Shown here piece after piece: positions 39,272-47,010 of a stretch of 64,000 bases of DNA. Numbering within the stretch: the first letter of the stretch is position 1; every line of letters starts with the position of its first letter. The notes beneath the pieces were generated by a model. It was not told the origin of the DNA. It searched no databases and was given only the letters and a program-made list of their open reading frames with translations. Made by a program: the position numbers and the translations under genes. The stretch lies in the NCBI GenBank assembly GCA_029243165.1, contig JAQWSN010000006.1, positions 46,083 to 110,082 of the forward strand, given 5' to 3'. The stretch is from Flavobacteriaceae bacterium. Its GTDB lineage: Bacteria; Bacteroidota; Bacteroidia; Flavobacteriales; Flavobacteriaceae.

Positions 39272-41334
39272 ATAAAAAACAGCAGCCTCGGTTTATTAAT
39301 CGAGAATTAAGTTGGTTAGATTTTAATGCACGAGTACTTCAAGAAGCAGCACATCACAGTGTTCCTTTACTGGATCGCCTTCGCTTTATTGGTATTTTTT
39401 CTAACAATTTAGATGAATTTTTTCAAGTCCGCTACGCTACAGTTCAGCGAATTGCTCAATCTGAAAAAACAGGGAAAAAAGTATTTGGAGGTGAAAGTGC
39501 TACTGAGTTATTAAAAATCATTACCCAAAAGGTAATTGAACAGCAAAAAGAAAGTGCCCAAATTCTGAGTAGTATCGAAAAAGAATTGGAAAAAGAGCAA
39601 ATTTATTTTGTCAATGAAAAACAGGTATTAGAGGAGCATAAAGCCTTTTTAAAAGAATATTTTATTCAAAAAGTTAGTCCTGCACTAATGACCATCATGA
39701 TTTCTGAGGATCAGATCCAGGATTTTTCAGCCAATCAAGCCTTTCTTGCTGTAAAACTTTTCGTGGAATCTAAAGAGTCTTCTACCAATCAGTACGCACT
39801 TATTGAAATCCCAAAAGAACTGGATCGGTTTATCGTACTACCACAGCTTGGAGACAAACAGTATGTTATGTTTTTGGATGATTTGATTCGCTATCATTTT
39901 CATCTCATCTTTAATTTTTATGAGTTTACAACCATTACTTCTCATATGATCAAGGTCACAAGAGATGCTGAACTTGATATGGAGGGTGATGTTTCAAAAA
40001 GTTACATAAACAAAATTGTTGAGAGTGTTCGAGAACGTATTTTGGCAGAGCCAGTACGTTTGGTTTACGACAAGGATATTTCTGAGGATGCATTGAATGT
40101 TTTTAAGCATATTCTAGGGATGGATTCTACGGATAGTTTAATTCCAGGGGGACGCTATCATCATCGAAGAGATTACATGAATTTTCCTCAATTAAAAAAC
40201 ACCAATCTCCAATATGAAAAAGTTGATCCTGTGACCATACCAGGACTTTCTTTTGAAAAGAGTATCATTAAAGTCATTGACAAAAAAGATTTTTTACTTT
40301 ACACTCCCTACCATAGCTTTTCTTATTTGATTAAATTTTTAAGAGAGGCAGCATTGGACCCTGAAGTTACGACCATAAAAATTACAATTTATCGTTTGTC
40401 AAAACTATCCAATGTAGCAAGTGCTTTGATTAATGCAGCTAAAAATGGAAAGAAAGTTTTGGTTCAAATAGAACTTCAAGCTCGTTTTGACGAAACTAAC
40501 AACATTACCTACGCAGAGCAAATGCAAGCTGCTGGGGTTCAACTTATTTTTGGGATCCCAGGACTGAAAGTGCATTCAAAAATTGGTGTAATTGAAAAAA
40601 ATGTAAAAGGCAATAAGAAAAAGCGATACGGTTTTATTAGTACAGGTAATTTTAATGAAGATACTGCTAAAATTTACACAGATTACACACTCTTAACTTC
40701 AAATCAAAAAATTTTAAAAGAGGTAAACAAGGTTTTTAATTTCCTTCAGGTTCATTACAAACTAAAGAAATACAAGCATCTAATAGTATCTCCACATTAC
40801 ACACACAACGCTGTTGTACGAATGATCAATCAAGAAATTGAAAATCATAAAGCGGGCTTGCCTAGTGGAATTCGGTTAAAGTTAAATGCCATTACAAATT
40901 TTAAAATGATCGAAAAACTGTATGAGGCAAGCAATCATGGAGTTTCTATTCAAATGATCGTTAGGGGGATCTGTTGTCTGATACCAGGAATCAAAGGAAT
41001 GAGTGAAAATATTGAAGTCATTAGCATTGTGGATAAGTACTTAGAGCATCCAAGAGTTTATGTTTTTGAAAATGCTGGTGACCCAAAAGTGTACCTTTCA
41101 TCAGCCGATTTTATGACAAGAAATATCGAAAATAGGGTAGAGGTAGCGGTACCTATTTACGATAAAAATTTACAAAATGAGATTTTAGATGTTTTTGAAA
41201 TTGCTTGGAATGACAACGTAAAAGCAAGAAAAATAAACGGATCCCAGCAAAATACTTTTGTCGAAAACAACGGTATTGATTTACGATCTCAATGGAAAAT
41301 TCATGATTATTACAAAGGAAAAAGTCTGGAATGA
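39268..41334 (+). CDS. ppk: polyphosphate kinase 1
   Basis: 688 aa. N-terminal FINRELSWLDFNARVL and two PLD-like C-terminal domains (VHSKIGVI). Confidence 0.95.
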   Translation: MNKKQQPRFINRELSWLDFNARVLQEAAHHSVPLLDRLRFIGIFSNNLDEFFQVRYATVQRIAQSEKTGKKVFGGESATELLKIITQKVIEQQKESAQILSSIEKELEKEQIYFVNEKQVLEEHKAFLKEYFIQKVSPALMTIMISEDQIQDFSANQAFLAVKLFVESKESSTNQYALIEIPKELDRFIVLPQLGDKQYVMFLDDLIRYHFHLIFNFYEFTTITSHMIKVTRDAELDMEGDVSKSYINKIVESVRERILAEPVRLVYDKDISEDALNVFKHILGMDSTDSLIPGGRYHHRRDYMNFPQLKNTNLQYEKVDPVTIPGLSFEKSIIKVIDKKDFLLYTPYHSFSYLIKFLREAALDPEVTTIKITIYRLSKLSNVASALINAAKNGKKVLVQIELQARFDETNNITYAEQMQAAGVQLIFGIPGLKVHSKIGVIEKNVKGNKKKRYGFISTGNFNEDTAKIYTDYTLLTSNQKILKEVNKVFNFLQVHYKLKKYKHLIVSPHYTHNAVVRMINQEIENHKAGLPSGIRLKLNAITNFKMIEKLYEASNHGVSIQMIVRGICCLIPGIKGMSENIEVISIVDKYLEHPRVYVFENAGDPKVYLSSADFMTRNIENRVEVAVPIYDKNLQNEILDVFEIAWNDNVKARKINGSQQNTFVENNGIDLRSQWKIHDYYKGKSLE

Positions 41335-42217
41335 AAATTAAGAAGTACGCTGCCATTGATGTAGGTTCCAACGCAATTCGGATGCTGGTTTCAAATGTAA
41401 TTAATCACAAAGGAAAAAGAACCATTTTGAAAAATGCACTGGTTCGTGTTCCTATTCGTCTTGGTGAAGATTCATTTACTAGTGGTAGCATATCAAAAAA
41501 AATAAGAAACGCATCGTTAAATCGATGAAAGCCTTTAAAATGTTAATGAAGGTTCATGGAGTCAAAGATTACATGGCTTATGCAACTTCTGCACTACGAG
41601 AGGCTAAAAATGGCTCAAAAGTAGTCAAGGAAGTTTTGAGTAAATCGGGAATTCAGATTGAAATAATTGACGGTAAAAAAGAAGCGAAAATAATTTCCAA
41701 TACCAATGTTTTTGATGTAGTAGGGAAAGAGAAGACCTTTTTGTATGTTGATGTAGGGGGCGGTAGTACGGAATTTAGTATTCTTAAAAACGGTAAGAGA
41801 ATTCATTCCAAATCATTTAAAATTGGAACAGTAAGACTTTTAAACAATGGTGTGTCTGATGAGATGTGGGAACACGCTCAAAAGTGGGTGAAAGAGAAAA
41901 CTAAGGAATACAATAAAATTTACTTGCTGGGTACAGGAGGAAATATTAACAAACTACATAAAATAGCAGGAATCAAAGACAACCGACCGATTACTTTTTT
42001 AACGCTAAACGCAATCTATGCCCGTCTGAGTAAAATGACGTATGAGGAACGAATCGTTGAATTGGGTTTGAATCCCGATCGGTCAGATGTGATCTTGCCT
42101 GCGGCAAAACTCTTTCTAAGAACACTTAATTGGAGTGGTGCCAAAGTAGTTTACGTTCCTAAAGTGGGACTTTCAGACGGAATGATTCGTGAACTTTGTA
42201 AAAAGAAAAAAAATTAA
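41331..42217 (+). pseudogene. ppx: exopolyphosphatase Ppx/GppA-family gene interrupted by a -1 frame break in an A8 run
   Basis: ORFs 41331..41528 (AAIDVGSNAIRML actin-like phosphate-1 motif) and 41525..42217 (ATSALREAKNG.., DVGGGSTEF) are the two halves of one Ppx. The frame changes at 41495..41502. Confidence 0.85.
41495..41502 (+). other. A8 homopolymer, slippery A_AAA_AAA in the ppx zero frame
   Basis: Zero-frame codons TCA AAA AAA ATA. The -1 frame continues AAT AAG AAA CGC ATC GTT AAA TCG ATG (NKKRIVKSM), joining the downstream ORF. Confidence 0.9.
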
Positions 42218-42798
42218 CCGTGAATGGTTTCCTGATTTCCCAAAGTTCCCATTAGTGTTGCTTCATATTTTAAAAGTGCTTCCCATTTTTCGTCAACTTT
42301 TTGTCTCGAAGTACCATATTGACGTGCAAATCCCAAAAACAAAGTGTAATGATTGGCTTCACTGACCATTAATTTACGATAAAAATTGCGCAGTTTAGAA
42401 TCTTCCAATTCTTCAGAAAGTATTCTAAAACGCTCACAACTTCTTGCCTCAATAAGCGCAGCATAAAGCAATTTGTGTACTAGATGGTCCGTTTTTGAAC
42501 CCCCTTTTGGAAAAAATTTACGTAGTTGGATTACGTAAAAATCTTTTCGTTCTCGCCCTAATTTTAATCCTCTTTCAAGAATCAAGTCATGAACCATTTT
42601 AAAGTGGCTCATTTCTTCTTGTGCTAGATCGGTCATTGCTGATACAAGTTCTGTAAGATGAGGGAAACCAATGATCATTGAAATTGCAGTACTAGCAGCC
42701 TTTTGTTCACAATAAGCATGATCGGTAAGTATTTCTTGAATATTCTTTTGGGCAATGTTGGCCCATCGAGGATCGGTAGGTAATTTAAGTCCAAGCAT
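42214..42798 (-). CDS. miaE: tRNA-(ms2io6A)-hydroxylase MiaE-like di-iron protein
   Basis: 194 aa. LTDHAYCEQKAAS, EEMSHF and EARSCERF ferritin-like motifs characteristic of MiaE. Confidence 0.75.
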   Translation of the reverse strand: MLGLKLPTDPRWANIAQKNIQEILTDHAYCEQKAASTAISMIIGFPHLTELVSAMTDLAQEEMSHFKMVHDLILERGLKLGRERKDFYVIQLRKFFPKGGSKTDHLVHKLLYAALIEARSCERFRILSEELEDSKLRNFYRKLMVSEANHYTLFLGFARQYGTSRQKVDEKWEALLKYEATLMGTLGNQETIHG

Positions 42799-42803
42799 AA
42801 TTT

Positions 42804-43520
42804 TTAGAAGTCAAGGTCAAATTTTTTCCGAAGAGTATCCAAAGCTGGATTAATTTTTACCAGATGTTTGTATTTTTCTGGAGCTGAAAACACTGCTTCT
42901 TCTTTTATGGATTCTGTGATTTTGAATTCGATTTGTATTCCGTAGTGGTTTAATTGTTTTCTCAAAAAGGGAAGTAACTCATCCGCTTCCCGCTTCATTT
43001 CAACCTTATTCATATCATTGGCTACGGTAAAGAGAAGGGTTGACGGATCTTTTAGGTCTGGTTCGCGCATGCGCATAATGGATGCTATGTTTTGTTTCCC
43101 CTCGCGCTTTATTTTTTCTGCATACTCATTCCAAAGTTGTAGAAGGGTACTTTTTTCAAAAGACTCTTCGGGTAGATTTTCTTCTATTACTTTAGGTTGA
43201 TTGATTTTTTTTGCTTCCTTTTTAAGAGCAATACTGGAAAGGGAGAATCCAGAAACTTTACGATTTAAGTGCTCTTGTTTGTTTTCTTCAGTTTTCTTTT
43301 TGTATTGACTTTTTTGATCAGCGACTTCGGTACTTGTCTTTTCGGATTTACTGTAGGTTTTTGGTTCTATTACAGAGGATTGTTCTTTGGCAACAGGATT
43401 TGAATTTTGATCGGGGATTAAATTTGATTCAGGGAAGTTTTTTACTTTTTGTTGTGTATGAAACTTGGCAAGTGAGGGATCCATTTCATTGGCTAATTTT
43501 GCTGGTATTATGTAGTCTTT
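42804..43520 (-). CDS. dnaX: tau-specific C-terminal part of DNA polymerase III DnaX, in the -1 frame relative to the N-terminal ORF
   Basis: The frame of ORF 42804..43484 stays open upstream to at least 43538 (FQWRKKKDYIIPAKLANEMDPS..). It contains a low-complexity linker followed by a conserved-looking C-terminal domain. Confidence 0.7.
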   Translation of the reverse strand, partial: KDYIIPAKLANEMDPSLAKFHTQQKVKNFPESNLIPDQNSNPVAKEQSSVIEPKTYSKSEKTSTEVADQKSQYKKKTEENKQEHLNRKVSGFSLSSIALKKEAKKINQPKVIEENLPEESFEKSTLLQLWNEYAEKIKREGKQNIASIMRMREPDLKDPSTLLFTVANDMNKVEMKREADELLPFLRKQLNHYGIQIEFKITESIKEEAVFSAPEKYKHLVKINPALDTLRKKFDLDF

Positions 43521-44590
43521 TTTTTTTCTCCATTGAAATTGAGCGAAGCAAGTTGCATCATAGAGAGTTCTACATGAACTCGCTTGTTGTTTACACTTTT
43601 GTAATTAATTTCAAATGAATTGATTAAGGCAATAGCATCAAGTAAATATTCAGTTGTAAGAGGCTCTGTTGCTTCTTGATAGTTTTTTTTAACATCTTCT
43701 CCTAATTCCATAAGAGCCAACGTATTTGGGTCTTTTGCTAGCATGAGATTCCTGAAAAAATCGCCTAAGCCTTTTATGAATTGTAAAGGGTCAATACCCC
43801 TTTTGAGAAGATCGTTGTAGGCAGTTAGAATACCTGGAATATCATTTTTGAAAATGATTTTTCCCAATTCATTGTAGGTTTGGTGATCCAGTAAGTTAAG
43901 ATTGTCAGCCACGGCTTTAGCAGATAAATTCCCTTGAGTAAAACTTACCATCCGATCAAAAATAGATAAGGCGTCACGTAAAGCTCCTTCAGCTTTCTGG
44001 GCAATTAGGTAAAGTGCAGTTTCCTCAAATTGTAAATTTCTGTCTTTTGCTATTTTAACCAAGTAATGTTGAATATCGTTGACGGAGATTCTTTTAAAGT
44101 CATAAACTTGACATCTGGAAAGTACAGTAGGAATAATTTTATTTTTCTCTGTAGTTGCTAAAATAAAAATGACATGTTTTGGTGGTTCTTCCAACGTTTT
44201 TAAAAAGGCATTAAAAGCTGCATTGGAGAGCATGTGTGCCTCATCGATAATGTAAATTTTATGCGAACCTACCTGTGGGGGAATCCGGACTTGCTCATTG
44301 ATTTTTCGAATGTCTTCAACGGAATTATTCGAAGCGGCATCAAGTTCAAAAATATTAAAGGCAAAGTCGTCATCGGTACTTTCTTTTTGAGAAGACTTAT
44401 TGATTTGTTTTGCAAGGATTCTCGCACAAGATGTTTTTCCAACACCACGAGGGCCGCAAAACAGTAATGCTTGTGCCAGTTGTTCAGTTTCTAGGCTATT
44501 TTTTAAGGTTTGAGTAATACTTTGTTGCCCGACTACCTCTTCAAAAGTAGTGGGTCTGTATTTCAAAGCAGAAACAACAAATGACTCCAT
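43508..44590 (-). CDS. dnaX: DNA polymerase III subunit gamma/tau, N-terminal gamma-length ORF (360 aa)
   Basis: Walker A GPRGVGKTS, Walker B IYIIDEAHML and sensor SRCQVYDF. Terminates ..GEKKKTT* two codons after the A10 run. Confidence 0.95.
   Translation of the reverse strand: MESFVVSALKYRPTTFEEVVGQQSITQTLKNSLETEQLAQALLFCGPRGVGKTSCARILAKQINKSSQKESTDDDFAFNIFELDAASNNSVEDIRKINEQVRIPPQVGSHKIYIIDEAHMLSNAAFNAFLKTLEEPPKHVIFILATTEKNKIIPTVLSRCQVYDFKRISVNDIQHYLVKIAKDRNLQFEETALYLIAQKAEGALRDALSIFDRMVSFTQGNLSAKAVADNLNLLDHQTYNELGKIIFKNDIPGILTAYNDLLKRGIDPLQFIKGLGDFFRNLMLAKDPNTLALMELGEDVKKNYQEATEPLTTEYLLDAIALINSFEINYKSVNNKRVHVELSMMQLASLNFNGEKKKTT
43518..43527 (-). other. A10 homopolymer (mRNA sense) containing an in-frame A_AAA_AAG slippery heptamer
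   Basis: Minus strand reads GGA GAA AAA AAA AAG ACT ACA TAA. The heptamer A(43523) AAA(43522-20) AAG(43519-17) is in the same phase as the E. coli dnaX site. Confidence 0.9.
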
Positions 44591-44680
44591 TAGAACAAAT
44601 ATAAAAAATCAGTTTCCGGATTCATTCCTAAGATAGAAGATATTCCCTGTAAATTATCAACAAATAGCTAACTTAGCACC

Positions 44681-44970
44681 GCAGGCCATCTTATCGCTTT
44701 TTTTTCGTAAAGAAGAGGAAAGTCCGGACACCCTAGAGCAGCATAGCGGGTAACACCCGTCCTCCGTTTCGGCGGAGCGGACCAGTGCAACAGAAAGCAA
44801 GTACAGTTCGGCTGTAGTGAAATCAGGTAAACTCTATGCGGTGCAACGCCAAGTAGTTCTACAATTAAGGGTAGCTCGCCCAATGTAGACGGGTAGGCGG
44901 CTAGAATGCAAGAGTAATTTTGCATCAAGATAAATGATAAGACTCGACAGAATCCGGCTTATCGGCCTGC
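44681..44970 (+). ncRNA. rnpB: RNase P RNA (bacterial type A-like), compact at about 290 nt
   Basis: P1 GCAGGCC/GGCCTGC. P4 strands GAGGAAAGTCCGGAC (44715..44729) and ACAGAATCCGGCTTATC (44947..44963). Conserved ACCAGTGCAACAGAAAGCAAG and GGTAAACTC. Followed by T8. Confidence 0.9.
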
Positions 44971-44976
44971 TTTTTT

Positions 44977-45507
44977 TTAACTATTAAAAAAGGAAAAAGT
45001 AGCACTTCCGTAATTTCTGCTAGAGTCATAGCCTTCTAGGCCTGTGAGATCTACTTTGTTGAAGTGTTCGATAATGATTTGTCCCTGGGGGCTTATTTTT
45101 TTTTGTGCTAGAGCTATGATTTTTTTGTAAGTTTCTGTATCAAAATCGTAGGGAGGATCAGCAAAAATCAAATCGTAGCTACTTTTTTCTTCTTCTAAAA
45201 ATGTGATACAATCTTTTTGAACAACTCTAATTTCAAAAGAGAGCAATTTTGCTGTGGATTGAATGAATTGAATGCAATGTCTGTTTTTGTCTACAGCCGT
45301 AAGCAAGGGAACACCTCGAGAGGCAAATTCATAACTAATACTCCCTGTACCCGAAAATAAATCCAAAACCGTGAGTTCAGAGAAATCGATTTGATGTTGT
45401 AAAATGTTGAAAAGGGCTTCCTTAGAACGATCTGTGGTGGGACGAACAGGGAGTTTTTTGGGAGCTAGAATTCTTCTACCCTTATGAATACCTGAAATGA
45501 TACGCAT
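44977..45507 (-). CDS. rsmD: 16S rRNA (guanine966-N2)-methyltransferase RsmD
   Basis: 176 aa. MRIISG..RPTTDR..EALFN N-terminus, SAM motif LDLFSGTGS and DPPY. Confidence 0.9.
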   Translation of the reverse strand: MRIISGIHKGRRILAPKKLPVRPTTDRSKEALFNILQHQIDFSELTVLDLFSGTGSISYEFASRGVPLLTAVDKNRHCIQFIQSTAKLLSFEIRVVQKDCITFLEEEKSSYDLIFADPPYDFDTETYKKIIALAQKKISPQGQIIIEHFNKVDLTGLEGYDSSRNYGSATFSFFNS

Positions 45508-46307
45508 TACTTAAAAGATTGGGCAAAAAATGGAGCAGGATGTTGTTCCAAGTCCAATATTGAACAGGTTTTACTTGCCTCAAAATGAACTGAAGGATGG
45601 TATTGTTTTATCGCGTGATAGTACGTTTCAAAAAAAGGAATTTCACCAAAAAATAGCATTTCAAATTGATCAGAAGAAAGCTCGTATTGTTCTACTACAA
45701 AAAATGTGTAATAAAGAAATTCGTCTTCATTTTTTATTTCAAAATGATTTTGAAAAACGATTGTAGAATGTTGTTTTAAATACAAATCCACAGAACCTTT
45801 TTGAAGGTGAATAAAAAGTTGAAATTCTTTATCCTCTGATTTCGATCGTTCACTTACTTCTCGATACAGTAGTGTATTAAAGTGATAAAAATTGGCAGTA
45901 GGAATTTGTTGGTGAATGATTTCCAACTCTTTTTTAGGATAGGCGTGAATATTTACCTGGTTTACATCTTCTAAAACATCAAAAGAAAGATTAAAATCTT
46001 TTGGAATTTTTCCTTGAAAACGAAGGTAGTTGGGTAGGAGTTTTTTATCAAAAAAAGCGTTGGGCACAAAAGTAGAAGGCTGGTGGTAGGAAATAATTTG
46101 TGTTTTGTCAAATGTTTCTTTAGGGTAAAAAGCGAGCAAATCAATTAATCCCGTCTTAAAATCATCAGTACCACTAGGAGTTGGAACGAATTCAGTTTTG
46201 GAAGGGGTACAAAAAGAAAATCCATTCACGAAAAGGTGAATGGATGATCCAGCAAATGCTATGCTATTATTCTTGTTTGGCATCAAATATGGTCGGCCAG
46301 TTTCCAT
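45507..46307 (-). CDS. DUF3822-like hypothetical protein
   Basis: 266 aa. N-terminal ..LFVNGFSFCT pattern recalled from DUF3822 proteins next to rsmD in Bacteroidota. The alternative ATG at 46283 reduces the overlap with the upstream gene. Confidence 0.45.
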   Translation of the reverse strand: METGRPYLMPNKNNSIAFAGSSIHLFVNGFSFCTPSKTEFVPTPSGTDDFKTGLIDLLAFYPKETFDKTQIISYHQPSTFVPNAFFDKKLLPNYLRFQGKIPKDFNLSFDVLEDVNQVNIHAYPKKELEIIHQQIPTANFYHFNTLLYREVSERSKSEDKEFQLFIHLQKGSVDLYLKQHSTIVFQNHFEIKNEDEFLYYTFFVVEQYELSSDQFEMLFFGEIPFFETYYHAIKQYHPSVHFEASKTCSILDLEQHPAPFFAQSFK

Positions 46308-46917
46308 TTGTACTCACATTACTTAATGAACCCAAAATAATTTCAGAACCGTTAACTCCATCTACAGAAACTGTTTCATTTTCTTGCTTGACCAAATCTT
46401 TATCTTGATCAAAGAGGATAATGTTTTTTGAAACTTTTACTTCAAAAACGGGTACGTTGTAACCATTTTTATTGATGACTTCAGCATTAATTTTAAACAT
46501 ACTATCCTGAACGCCCTGAATTGGGATGTAGGCCATGTTTTTGTAACGATCAGTATTACTAAAGAGAGAGTCTTTTACAGGAACAGTACCTAAGGTATCA
46601 ATGACAATAACTTCTCGAAGCATGTCGATACGATAAGTTCTGTCGTATTCAAGATAGGAAGAGTCTCGTTTTTCAATAAGGGTAAAAATACCCTCGTCAA
46701 CAAATTTGACCAAGCTGTCAAAGTTATTGGCAAAAACGCCCTTGACGTCTTTGTGAGCAATTTGGGCCTTGCGAATGTCTTTTAAACGGTCTATGACTTG
46801 AGCATAGCGCTCGTTTTTAGTCTGATTGAATTTGATAGGTCCATTGATAGAGTCATAAATTTTGTAAGCAAAAAAGATTGACGCTAACCATAAAACGATT
46901 TGAATGCCTAATTTCAT
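46267..46917 (-). CDS. membrane-anchored hypothetical protein
   Basis: 216 aa with a single N-terminal TM (IQIVLWLASIFFAYKI). No motif recognised. Confidence 0.5.
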   Translation of the reverse strand: MKLGIQIVLWLASIFFAYKIYDSINGPIKFNQTKNERYAQVIDRLKDIRKAQIAHKDVKGVFANNFDSLVKFVDEGIFTLIEKRDSSYLEYDRTYRIDMLREVIVIDTLGTVPVKDSLFSNTDRYKNMAYIPIQGVQDSMFKINAEVINKNGYNVPVFEVKVSKNIILFDQDKDLVKQENETVSVDGVNGSEIILGSLSNVSTNGNWPTIFDAKQE

Positions 46918-47010
46918 TGTATTATTTTAATTGATAAAAACAAAACTACAATTTTTTTTGAATCACAAAAGTATTTAAAATGAATTATATTTAGCCACTT
47001 GATAGAATCC

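Noticed and set aside
44668-44928. 86-aa minus-strand ORF between dnaX and rsmD
   Set aside because: It lies entirely within the plus-strand RNase P RNA gene, which has clear P1 and P4 landmarks. The ORF is a by-product of the structured RNA.
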